The position numbers and the translations under genes were made by a program. This document shows, piece after piece, positions 15,859 to 24,000 of a stretch of DNA of 24,000 bases. Source of the DNA: an uncultured Spartobacteria bacterium (GTDB lineage Bacteria; Verrucomicrobiota; Verrucomicrobiia; Chthoniobacterales; UBA6821); assembly GCA_903858595.1 (NCBI GenBank), contig CAIOJL010000197.1, positions 1 to 24,000 on the forward strand, given 5' to 3'. Each line of letters begins with the position of its first letter. The first letter of the stretch is position 1. Below the pieces are notes generated by a model. It worked only from the letters and a program-made list of their open reading frames with translations. It was not told the DNA's origin and did no database searches.

Positions 15859-17751
15859 CTATGAAGTAGTACCCTCTGTTGATCCCAGTGCGGCCATGTC
15901 GGTAAAGGGCTCGATCGTAAAGATCTTCATGGAGCGGATGCCTTTGTCTGCAGGGAGATCGATGACCTCGCCGATCTTTTTACCGAGCAAGGCTTTGCCG
16001 ATGACGGCCTGATAGGAGACCCAGCCCTTATCGGGAACCCCGTCCCAGGCTCCCAGGATGCTGTAGGTTTCAGCGGAACCGCCTTCAGATGGCTCCACGG
16101 TTACCACGGAGCCAATGGAAACGGCTGAGGTATCGACATTCTCGAAGTTCGTGCCGCGGGAGTTATTAAGCATGAGCTCAAGCTCTCCCTTCTGACGGTT
16201 GAGAACTGCTTGCTGCTCCTTGGCCGACTTGAACTCGAAGTTCTCGCGCAGATCCCCGTAGGAACGGGCGGTGGCGATGTCGCGGATGTTCTGGGGAATA
16301 AGTACCTTCTCGATGTGCTCAAGCTCCTCCTTGCGACGCTGAAGGCTGGCCCAAGAGACGACGAGACTCTCGGCACGCTCGGCGGGTGCCTCCTGATCCC
16401 CGGTGACCAGAGATTCGAGTTCGGGATGAATTTTAAGGATGCGGGCCAGCAGGGAACGCCTATTCAGATCCGCAAAGACGGGGCTGAGCATGATCTTGCG
16501 GAAGGCCTGACGTGCTGAGTCGCGCTCGGCCTTGCCAAGGAGGTCAGCCACGAGATCGCGATCCTCAAAGAGGAACTCCTCAAGGCGCTTGCTCTTGATG
16601 TCGGCGTGGAGATCAGCCTCCATGGCCGCGAGAATAGCGGCGAAGAGTTCCTCGTCGATGAGTTCGGGGAGCGTCTTGGATCGATCCTTGCAGAGCCAGA
16701 GGACATAGTCGGAGCTGGCGGAGCGCTCACGAATCAAGCGACGGGTATGTTCTGCAAAAGCCTCACGCTTTCCCTGAGCCACGAAGAGTTTGAAGATCTC
16801 GCCGCTCAGGCGGGGCTCGGAGGTGCGAGTGAGACGGAACACCTTCTCCTCCCAATTCTCGGGGAAGGCTATTGGGAAAGCCTCGAGGACTCGCCCATAC
16901 TTGGCGGCTGGGATTTCTGCGAAGATTTCGGTAAGCTTGGTTGGTGAATCGGCCAGAAGTGACGCGATGCTGGCCGCATCGGGCCCTGGCTTTAGGGATT
17001 CGTGCTTAGCGCAAATCTCGTCACGGATAATCAGAAGCTCGATCGCCTTGGCGGCGTGGATCCTGCCGCCTCGCTTGGCTGCCTCTTCGACCTCGGTGGC
17101 TAGGGAACGGAGTTCCTCCACTTCCTTGGCGAAGTCGTTGAGTGATTTGAGTGCCGTGTCGAGAGCCGCGACCTGCTCCCTCGGGTGGCGTGCCGCACGG
17201 AACTCGCCGATCAGGCGTTCGTGGGGATTCTGGGAGGTCTCCTGGAGGATAATCGGCTCCCCTTTCTTTGTCGGAATGAGGAAGTGACCGTCAGTCTTGA
17301 GTTTCTTCTTGGCAGCATCAAACCACTTCTTGAAGCCGGTTGCATCGAAGACGGAGGGAACCATCGTTGCCGCGATCTCGTCGGCTGTGGCCTGGCCCCC
17401 GTGATCTGCTAGAATCGAACGGACGAGCCCTACCGGGTCGGAAGCAGACTGATCCCGGACTGCCGCGGCATTGGTCGCCGTCCGCGCGAGGATATGCTCC
17501 GAAGGGATGTGGGTGAGGGTCTCCGAGGCATACTGGAGCTGCATCGGGTGTCCCTTCTTAGTGCCAAAATCAATCGTGATCTGTCCCGTGATCAATTCCC
17601 AACCGGCGATCTTGCCAAATCCCCAGCTGCGGTGGGTGCAGAAGGCTCCGGGAGAGAGTTTGGAGAGGGCTTCGGCGGCGGCGGTGGTGATTTTACCGGC
17701 GTCAATGTAGGGATTTAGGTCTTCGATCATGAGTGCGCGGAGTTTAGCCAC
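15859..17751 (-). CDS. greA: Long-form GreA/GreB-family transcript cleavage factor (about 470-aa N-terminal extension plus a C-terminal GreA-like module)
   Basis: The C-terminal ~150 aa match the GreA layout: ARSYGDLRENFEFKSAKEQQ (coiled-coil tip with acidic residues), then the globular domain YSILGAWDGVPDKGWVSYQAVIGKALLGKKIGEVI. The N-terminus has a small CarD/TRCF-RID-like beta motif (HRSWGFGKIAGWE..ITIDF). Start is GTG 17751 or ATG 17730. Confidence 0.8.
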   Translation of the reverse strand: MAKLRALMIEDLNPYIDAGKITTAAAEALSKLSPGAFCTHRSWGFGKIAGWELITGQITIDFGTKKGHPMQLQYASETLTHIPSEHILARTATNAAAVRDQSASDPVGLVRSILADHGGQATADEIAATMVPSVFDATGFKKWFDAAKKKLKTDGHFLIPTKKGEPIILQETSQNPHERLIGEFRAARHPREQVAALDTALKSLNDFAKEVEELRSLATEVEEAAKRGGRIHAAKAIELLIIRDEICAKHESLKPGPDAASIASLLADSPTKLTEIFAEIPAAKYGRVLEAFPIAFPENWEEKVFRLTRTSEPRLSGEIFKLFVAQGKREAFAEHTRRLIRERSASSDYVLWLCKDRSKTLPELIDEELFAAILAAMEADLHADIKSKRLEEFLFEDRDLVADLLGKAERDSARQAFRKIMLSPVFADLNRRSLLARILKIHPELESLVTGDQEAPAERAESLVVSWASLQRRKEELEHIEKVLIPQNIRDIATARSYGDLRENFEFKSAKEQQAVLNRQKGELELMLNNSRGTNFENVDTSAVSIGSVVTVEPSEGGSAETYSILGAWDGVPDKGWVSYQAVIGKALLGKKIGEVIDLPADKGIRSMKIFTIEPFTDMAALGSTEGTTS

Positions 17752-17867
17752 CCACTGTCCTTAAAAGAAGGAAAATGAATTTTTATCTCGAAATCAGTCG
17801 AAAATCAGCGTCCCCCCAAAAATAAAAAATCTAATGCTCCACTGGTTGCGACGGGTTTCTTTATTAA

Positions 17868-19043
17868 TCAACTGTTAATGCCAATAGGAAGGAGACGTAC
17901 GCGGCGCTCCTGACGCGGCAGGCGAATGGTGAAGAGCATTCCCTGACCTTGTGCGCTCTGGATCATGATTTCACCACCATGCGCCCTGACGATGCGCTGG
18001 ACGATATTCAGCCCCAGCCCTGAGCCGTTCTCCTTGGTTGTATAGTAAGGTTGAAAGATGATGCCCATCTTTTGAGGATCTATTCCTCCACCGGTGTCAC
18101 CGATGCTGACCCAGACATGGGAGTCGTTGCAGGCTGTGCCGATCCTGAGATGTCCGGTGCTGCCCATGGCTTGTATGCTGTTCCGGATCACATTATAGAG
18201 AGCCTGTCGGAATTGATCCGGATCGAGCAAGACCCGGGGGAGATCTTTGCCGGTGAAGAGATCCACTATGATACCCCGATCTTCCACCTCATTGCGCAGG
18301 AAATCGACCGTTTCTAGAATCAGAGCATTGAAATCGGTCGGCTTGCACTCTAGGGGAGCAGGCCGGACTGCCTTGAGGAACTGGGTGATGATCTGATCGA
18401 GACGCCTGACCTCCCCTCTTGCCACCGAAACGGAATCAGCCAACTCCTTCTGGTCATTCTTTGAAATCAAGGGTCTGTTCAAGCAACGCTCCAGAAGCTG
18501 CAGATGGATGTCGAGCGAGTTGAGGGGATTTCCGATCTCGTGTGCCACGCCTGCGGCAAGCAAAGTCACGGCAGAGAGGCGCTCGCTCTCGATCGTTTCC
18601 TGAGTCTCAAGTCGTTCCTCTGTAATGTCGCGGAGAATGATAACACGTCCCACCAACTCCCGCTGAGCTAGCTCTTTCTCGTCGCTCATCAGCGGACTTA
18701 CGTAGAAGTTCAGAAAGCGGTGTTCCGGATAGAAGACTTCCAAATCACGGCTCATGACATCGCCGGGACGCGCTACCGACTTGAGCTCCAGCCCGGGAAT
18801 GGCTTCCGCTAGGCTACGGCCGATATGTTCGGCACCGTTCATTCCGAAGAAGGAACAGGCTGCCTTGTTCATGTAGATGATGTGATCCCGAGGATCAGTG
18901 ACGATGACTCCTTCCAGGATGGCGTTGAAGATAGTCTCCAGAAATCCCTTCTCCTTGGAGAGGATCTGGAGGTAATGACCGATGTCGTCCGGTTCCACGA
19001 ATCGGATCCGCTCGACAAGCCTGCCGATGAATCCGGCGTTCAT
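17868..19043 (-). CDS. Cytoplasmic PAS-domain sensor histidine kinase
   Basis: PAS (FLETIFNAILEGVIVTD...YMNKAA), H-box (GVAHEIGNPLNSL), N-box (ALYNVIRNSIQAM), G1 (DTGGGIDP), F (FQPYYTTK), G2 (GSGLGLNIV). No TM segment. The ORF-track start at 19124 overlaps pepF. ATG 19043..19041 overlaps the pepF stop by 1 nt (TGATG). Confidence 0.85.
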   Translation of the reverse strand: MNAGFIGRLVERIRFVEPDDIGHYLQILSKEKGFLETIFNAILEGVIVTDPRDHIIYMNKAACSFFGMNGAEHIGRSLAEAIPGLELKSVARPGDVMSRDLEVFYPEHRFLNFYVSPLMSDEKELAQRELVGRVIILRDITEERLETQETIESERLSAVTLLAAGVAHEIGNPLNSLDIHLQLLERCLNRPLISKNDQKELADSVSVARGEVRRLDQIITQFLKAVRPAPLECKPTDFNALILETVDFLRNEVEDRGIIVDLFTGKDLPRVLLDPDQFRQALYNVIRNSIQAMGSTGHLRIGTACNDSHVWVSIGDTGGGIDPQKMGIIFQPYYTTKENGSGLGLNIVQRIVRAHGGEIMIQSAQGQGMLFTIRLPRQERRVRLLPIGINS

Positions 19044-20947
19044 CAGTTCGTTCCTGCTGGGAGACGAGTGGCTGCGGATCCGATGGGTTCCATGAGGAGT
19101 TCCTCGAGTTCCGTCACCCTGCACTCAAAGAGCGCCAGGGCCGCTTTTACCGGTTCGGGTGAGCTCATGTCCACGCCTGCTTCTGCCAAGGTCTCGATCG
19201 GGAACTTACTGCCGCCACTCTTCAGGAAGCCGAAGTAGCGCTCTGTATTGCCCGTGTTGAGAACCTGTTCCGCCAGAGTGATCGCAGCCGAGATACCGGT
19301 GGCGTACTTGTAGACATAAAAAGCACTATAGAAATGCGGGATACGGAGGCATTCCAGCTCCAGTTCCTCGTCGATCACGACCCCGTTTCCGAAGTAGGTG
19401 TCCAGAAGAGAGCGGTACATTCTGCGGAAAGTTTCAAGCGTTAGGGCAGCTCCCGATTCCTCGGCGGTATGTGCGATTTTCTCAAATTCAGCGAACATCG
19501 TCTGCCGAAAAAGCGTGCCGCGCAGGTCATCGATCTGACGGTTGATCAGGTAGGCCCTCATGGAGCGCTCCTTGGTCTCGGAGAGCAGGTGCTCTGTGAG
19601 CAGGATCTCGTTGAATGTTGAGGCCACCTCGGCCAGAAAAATCGGGTAATGGTAATTCTGGAAACTCTGGGTTTGCCTAGAGTACCAAGTGTGCATCGAA
19701 TGACCCGCCTCATGGGCCAGCGTGTAGATGTCGGAGAAGACATCCTGCTTGTAGTTCATCAGGATGTAGGGAGGTCCTTGATAAGTCCCATAGGAGAAGG
19801 CGCCGCTGCGTTTTCCCTTGTTTTCGTATCGGTCGCACCAGCGCTCCTCACGGAGACCGCGCGAAAGGGTCGCTGTATATTCCGAGCCAAGCGGGTGAAG
19901 TGACTTCATCACCATGTCGATCGCCTGATCGAACGAGACATCGCTCTGTACCGCCGAGACTAGCGGGGCGTACGTGTCGTAGACATGCAGATCGGGGAGA
20001 TTGAAAAGCTGCTGACGCAGGCCGTAGTACTTGTGAAGGATGGGGAGTCGTGAGCGGACGGCCTCGACCAGGCTGTCATAGACGGCTATAGGGACATTAT
20101 CGGCGAAGAGCGAGGCCGCGCGCGCGGAAGGGTAGTGTCGAGCCTTGGCAAGGAAGACATCCCCTTTGATCGAGCTGGCGAGTGAGCTGGCGAGGGTGTA
20201 GCGGTGGGCTGTGAACTCCGTATAGAATTTCTCGAAGGCCTCTTTACGGACCGTGTGGTCGGGACGTTGAAGCAGAGAGGAAAAGCTGCTTTGGGTCAGC
20301 TCGATCTCCTGCCCACGGTCGTCGTTCACTGTGCCGAAGGTCATGTCAACATTCGTGAGCTGGGAGAAGGTCTCGTGATGACCTCCAAGGGCCGGCATTG
20401 AGAGAGAGATCAGACGCTCTTCCTTGTTGCTCAGAATATGCGGCTTGAGACGGCGCAGGTTTTGCAGGGAGATCTGCCAGTCAGCAAGCAGTGGATCGGC
20501 TAGAAACTGCTCGAGCATGGCATCAGGAATCTCCTGAATCTCCGGGGCGATCCAGGAGCTGGTCTCGCTGATCTTGGCGCAGAGCGAGGAGAGGCGTCCC
20601 TCGCGGTCCAGAGCATCGTCATTCGAACTGTCCTCGGAAAGGCGTAAGCTCGAATATTGGTTCAGGCGCTCAATGGAGCGATCCAGGGACGATTCAAACT
20701 CGAGGGCCTTGGCGAGATCCCCGGCGCCTTTTGCTAGGGTTCCCTTGAAGGCATTGATCTCTTCGAAGCGTGAGGCGAGTTCCGAGAACTCGGCCTCCCA
20801 GGCCGTGTCATCGGGGAAAATGAGCATCAGATCCCAGGTGTCAGCGGCAAGGACTTCGGCACGACTTTTAAGCGTGGAGACCTGCGAATCTCCCGTGAGA
20901 TCGGCGATCCAAGCGACCCGATGACTTCTGCCGGTGACGAGAGACAT
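19043..20947 (-). CDS. pepF: Oligoendopeptidase F (M3B family)
   Basis: 634 aa. HEXXH zinc site (LAHEAGHSMH) with downstream Glu context (FLAEVASTFNE). PepF-like length and helical N-domain. Confidence 0.9.
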   Translation of the reverse strand: MSLVTGRSHRVAWIADLTGDSQVSTLKSRAEVLAADTWDLMLIFPDDTAWEAEFSELASRFEEINAFKGTLAKGAGDLAKALEFESSLDRSIERLNQYSSLRLSEDSSNDDALDREGRLSSLCAKISETSSWIAPEIQEIPDAMLEQFLADPLLADWQISLQNLRRLKPHILSNKEERLISLSMPALGGHHETFSQLTNVDMTFGTVNDDRGQEIELTQSSFSSLLQRPDHTVRKEAFEKFYTEFTAHRYTLASSLASSIKGDVFLAKARHYPSARAASLFADNVPIAVYDSLVEAVRSRLPILHKYYGLRQQLFNLPDLHVYDTYAPLVSAVQSDVSFDQAIDMVMKSLHPLGSEYTATLSRGLREERWCDRYENKGKRSGAFSYGTYQGPPYILMNYKQDVFSDIYTLAHEAGHSMHTWYSRQTQSFQNYHYPIFLAEVASTFNEILLTEHLLSETKERSMRAYLINRQIDDLRGTLFRQTMFAEFEKIAHTAEESGAALTLETFRRMYRSLLDTYFGNGVVIDEELELECLRIPHFYSAFYVYKYATGISAAITLAEQVLNTGNTERYFGFLKSGGSKFPIETLAEAGVDMSSPEPVKAALALFECRVTELEELLMEPIGSAATRLPAGTN

Positions 20948-20953
20948 TAGCTG

Positions 20954-21703
20954 TTACTTCTGAACTTTACCCTGAGAGGCCACAGCTGCCGCTGCTGCTG
21001 CAATCGCCTCCTTGTCGCCGAGATAGTAATGGCGGATCGGCTTCAAATTGTCGTCGAGTTCGTAGACAAGCGGGATACCAGTCGGGATGTTGAGAGCAAG
21101 GACCTCTTCCTCGCTGAGATCATCGAAGTACTTCACCAGTGCCCGTAGGGTATTCCCATGGGCGGTCACCAGGACTTTCTCGCCGCGCTGCACCGCAGGT
21201 GCGATCTCGTTGTGCCAGTAGGGGAGAACACGGTCCACCGTATCTTTGAGGCACTCGGTTATGGGGAGTTTTGCCTCGGGCACATCCTTGTAGCGGGGAT
21301 CATGGCCAGGGAAGCGCTCGTCACTCTTTTCCAAGGCAGGAGGCGGCACATCGTAGCTACGCCGCCAGATGTGGACCTGATCCTCACCGAACTTCGCAGC
21401 TGTTTCCGCTTTATTGAGTCCCTGCAGGGATCCGTAGTGACGCTCGTTCAGGCGCCAGGAAAGTTCAATGGGAATCCATAGTTCATCGAGTTCATCCAAG
21501 ATCATCCAGTTGGTGCGAAGGGCGCGCTTCAGCACAGAAACAAACGAACGATCGAATTTGTACCCCTCCTTCTTGAGAAGCTGACCCGCCGCCTTGGCCT
21601 CACCGAGACCCTTAGCATTCAGATCAACATCGGTCCACCCGGTGAAGCGGTTTTCTTGGTTCCAAGTGCTTTCACCGTGACGGATTAAAACGATTTTGTA
21701 CAT
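20954..21703 (-). CDS. gpmA: 2,3-bisphosphoglycerate-dependent phosphoglycerate mutase
   Basis: [23 protein letters not shown] (RHG catalytic motif), ERHYGSLQG and [12 protein letters not shown]. Confidence 0.95.
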   Translation of the reverse strand: MYKIVLIRHGESTWNQENRFTGWTDVDLNAKGLGEAKAAGQLLKKEGYKFDRSFVSVLKRALRTNWMILDELDELWIPIELSWRLNERHYGSLQGLNKAETAAKFGEDQVHIWRRSYDVPPPALEKSDERFPGHDPRYKDVPEAKLPITECLKDTVDRVLPYWHNEIAPAVQRGEKVLVTAHGNTLRALVKYFDDLSEEEVLALNIPTGIPLVYELDDNLKPIRHYYLGDKEAIAAAAAAVASQGKVQK

Positions 21704-21750
21704 TGTTTAATTTTACACAGAAAAATTCACCCGTGGAAAGGTTGGGTCTT

Positions 21751-24000
21751 CTATCCTTTAGCTAACCAAGGGGCTAATTCCGCTCTCAGGGCCATCTCAT
21801 CGCCAACTGCGAATTCTTCTCCGAGCTGGAGTGGAATACGTGATCCGGAAAGGGTTTCGATTTCAAGAATAAGGATGCGTTTTCCGGGATGTTTTTTGAT
21901 GGCGGCGTGGATAGCAGGCAGATCGTCCACGATCAGGCGACTGCGGTCCATCCGGAGGCGGAGAGGTCTCTTGGAGGCCTTCGGGTTAAGGGCCTTGAAA
22001 TCGCTACCCATGGCCCTGACACTTCCATCCCGAGGGGTGATGCGGGCATTACAGGAGAGGACCGTACCGGGTTTGAGGAGTTCCTCGTTTTTGCTGAAGG
22101 ATTCGTCCCAAGCCATGAGCTCGAGCGTACCGGAGTCATCCTCGAGGGTCAGGATGCCGAAGGGACGTCCATCCTTCTTTGAGAAGCGTTTTTCCACGGT
22201 GGAAAGGAGTCCCGCCAATTTGACGCTGCCCGGTTCGGTCATGGCTAGCGCCTCGAATACCGATCCATAGGAGCCTGACTCCAGATTGCCGCGGTAGTCG
22301 TCGAGTGGGTGGCCGGTGACATAGAAGCCGAGCAGTTCCTTTTCGTGGCCTAGCATCTCGGAACGGGTCCAACGTTGGATACTCGTTTCATTTTCTCTTC
22401 CCTTGCCCGAGGAGGCAGCCGGTGCTGGAGCCAGATCAGCAAAGGAGTCGAAGAGGGAGACCTGACCGCTGGCACGGTCTTTCTGGACCGAGGCGGCGGC
22501 ACCCATGGAGGATTCGATCGCAGCATCGATAGCGGCACGATGACGACCACCCCAATCGAAAGCACCGCATTTCACAAGACTCTCGAGGATCTTCTTGTTC
22601 ACCGTCCGGGAGTCGAGGCGCGAGCAGAAATTTTCTAGTGACTTGAAAGGACCATTCGCCTCGCGATCGGCGATCGCGGTCTCCATCGCTGCCTCGCCGA
22701 CATTTTTTATGGCGGCCAGTCCGAAGCGGATGGCCTTGGCGCCGGGGATCTCCTCAGGCAGGAAGGTGAGGGCGCTTCGGTTGACATCCGGCGGTAGAAT
22801 TGCTATCCCCATGCGGGCGCACTCGCCGACAAAGGTTGCTATCTTTTCGGTGTTGTTGATTTCGTTACCGAGCAGGCCGGCCATGAACTCGACCGGGTGA
22901 TTGGCCTTCAGGTAGGCAGTCTGGTAGGAGAGGAGCCCGTAGGCGGCGCTGTGGCTCTTGTTGAATCCGTACTGCGCGAACTTCTCCAAGAAGTCGAAGA
23001 TGGCGTTGGCCTGCTTGCCGGGGATCTGGTTGACCCGAGCGCAGCCCTCGACAAAGACCTCGCGCTCCTTGGCCATCTTCTCGATGTCCTTCTTGCCCAT
23101 GGCACGGCGTAGGAGATCGGCCTGACCGAGCGTGTAGCCGGCCAGGGCGCTCGCCGCCTGCTGCACCTGCTCCTGGTAGACGATGATACCGTAGGTCTCC
23201 GAGCAGATCTTCTCGAGCAGGGGATGAGCATACTCGATCTTCTTCCGTCCCTTCTTGCGATCGATGTAGTCGTCGATGAACTGCATCGGTCCCGGGCGGT
23301 AGAGGGCGATCAGGGCGATGATGTCGGTGAAGTGCTCGATCTGAAAGCGCTTGGCGGTGGCGACCATACCTCCGGACTCCAACTGGAAGACGCCGATCGA
23401 CTCGCCGCGGTTCAGCAGGTCGAAGGTCGCTTGGTCATCCATTGGGAGCTCGGAGATATCGAAGTCGGGAGTGTGCCGATGGATTAGCTTCACGGCGTCG
23501 TCGATCACGGTGAGGGTCTTCAGTCCGAGGAAATCCATCTTGAGAAGGCCCAAGTCTGTGAGAGGGGACATGGAGTACTGGCTGACGATGTTGCCGTCGT
23601 TGGCCCGGGTGAGAGGGATGTACTCGGAGAGATCGCGGTCGGCGATGACGATGCCCGCTGCATGGACGCCACTATTGCGGGAGAGACCCTCGAGGATGCT
23701 GGCGTAGCCCCAGAGCTGAGCCGTGGAGGATTCCTCCTCGACCGCTTTCTTCAGCTCGGGATTCTTGTCGATCGCGCCTGGCTTTTTCTCTCCTTTCTTC
23801 TCGGTGCTATTGAGAGAGATATCGAGCTCGTTCGGAATCATCCGCGAGATGCGGTCTGCATCGCCGTAGCTCCAACCGAGGACACGGCCGACATCGCGGA
23901 TGACGCTTTTCGCCCCCAAGGTGCCGAAGGTGATGATCTGGGAGACGGCCATCGTACCGTACTTCTGGCGGACATACTCGATCACCTCACCCCGTCGATT
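21751..24000 (-). CDS. dnaE: DNA polymerase III alpha subunit, C-terminal ~750 codons (5' end lies beyond the window)
   Basis: The frame is open to base 24000 (...NRRGEVIEYVRQKYG). Finger, beta-binding and OB-fold blocks: LGLLKMDFLGLKTLT, FNKSHSAAYG, HEKELLGFYVTGHPL. Confidence 0.95.
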   Translation of the reverse strand, partial: NRRGEVIEYVRQKYGTMAVSQIITFGTLGAKSVIRDVGRVLGWSYGDADRISRMIPNELDISLNSTEKKGEKKPGAIDKNPELKKAVEEESSTAQLWGYASILEGLSRNSGVHAAGIVIADRDLSEYIPLTRANDGNIVSQYSMSPLTDLGLLKMDFLGLKTLTVIDDAVKLIHRHTPDFDISELPMDDQATFDLLNRGESIGVFQLESGGMVATAKRFQIEHFTDIIALIALYRPGPMQFIDDYIDRKKGRKKIEYAHPLLEKICSETYGIIVYQEQVQQAASALAGYTLGQADLLRRAMGKKDIEKMAKEREVFVEGCARVNQIPGKQANAIFDFLEKFAQYGFNKSHSAAYGLLSYQTAYLKANHPVEFMAGLLGNEINNTEKIATFVGECARMGIAILPPDVNRSALTFLPEEIPGAKAIRFGLAAIKNVGEAAMETAIADREANGPFKSLENFCSRLDSRTVNKKILESLVKCGAFDWGGRHRAAIDAAIESSMGAAASVQKDRASGQVSLFDSFADLAPAPAASSGKGRENETSIQRWTRSEMLGHEKELLGFYVTGHPLDDYRGNLESGSYGSVFEALAMTEPGSVKLAGLLSTVEKRFSKKDGRPFGILTLEDDSGTLELMAWDESFSKNEELLKPGTVLSCNARITPRDGSVRAMGSDFKALNPKASKRPLRLRMDRSRLIVDDLPAIHAAIKKHPGKRILILEIETLSGSRIPLQLGEEFAVGDEMALRAELAPWLAKG

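Overview
This window looks like an ordinary chromosomal core region, moderately GC-rich by eye, densely packed with 20 well-supported protein genes, mostly housekeeping. I found no CRISPR array, transposase, integrase, toxin-antitoxin or recognisable defence genes.

Gene order:
- 5-formyl-THF cyclo-ligase (-)
- MBL-fold hydrolase (+)
- secreted cyclophilin (-)
- aguB-like N-carbamoylputrescine amidase, M14-like zinc peptidase, secreted coiled-coil protein, hisB, hisH, hisA (all +)
- cytochrome b562-like protein and leuS (-)
- rdgB, DUF1622 protein, small membrane-anchored protein (+)
- a long minus-strand run: prfB, FtsB/DivIC-like, eno, long-form GreA-like factor, PAS histidine kinase, pepF, gpmA, and the 3' part of dnaE, which runs off the window end

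The long GreA, the sparse Shine-Dalgarno sequences and the signal-peptide cyclophilin fit a PVC/Verrucomicrobiota-like genome. That placement is inference only.

The one stretch ordinary annotation does not explain is the roughly 640-bp non-coding gap at 13478-14116, upstream of prfB:
1. prfB has the classical programmed +1 frameshift (AGGAGG TTT CTT TGA C). The ORF track misses its true start at 13477.
2. 299 bp upstream lies a second, decayed copy of the prfB leader. It shares a perfect 47-bp block with the real leader but lacks the shift site.
3. The decamer CAGGAGGTTT occurs three times in this region, once inside a CCTCC/GGAGG hairpin.
4. Further upstream is a 161-nt rod-like hairpin. Its G-U pairs form only on the minus strand, which suggests a structured RNA of unknown class.

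A second unexplained element is a 113-bp unit bounded by perfect 15-bp inverted repeats in the convergent gap at 1717-1953. Everything else is ordinary, and I do not claim a novel multi-gene system.
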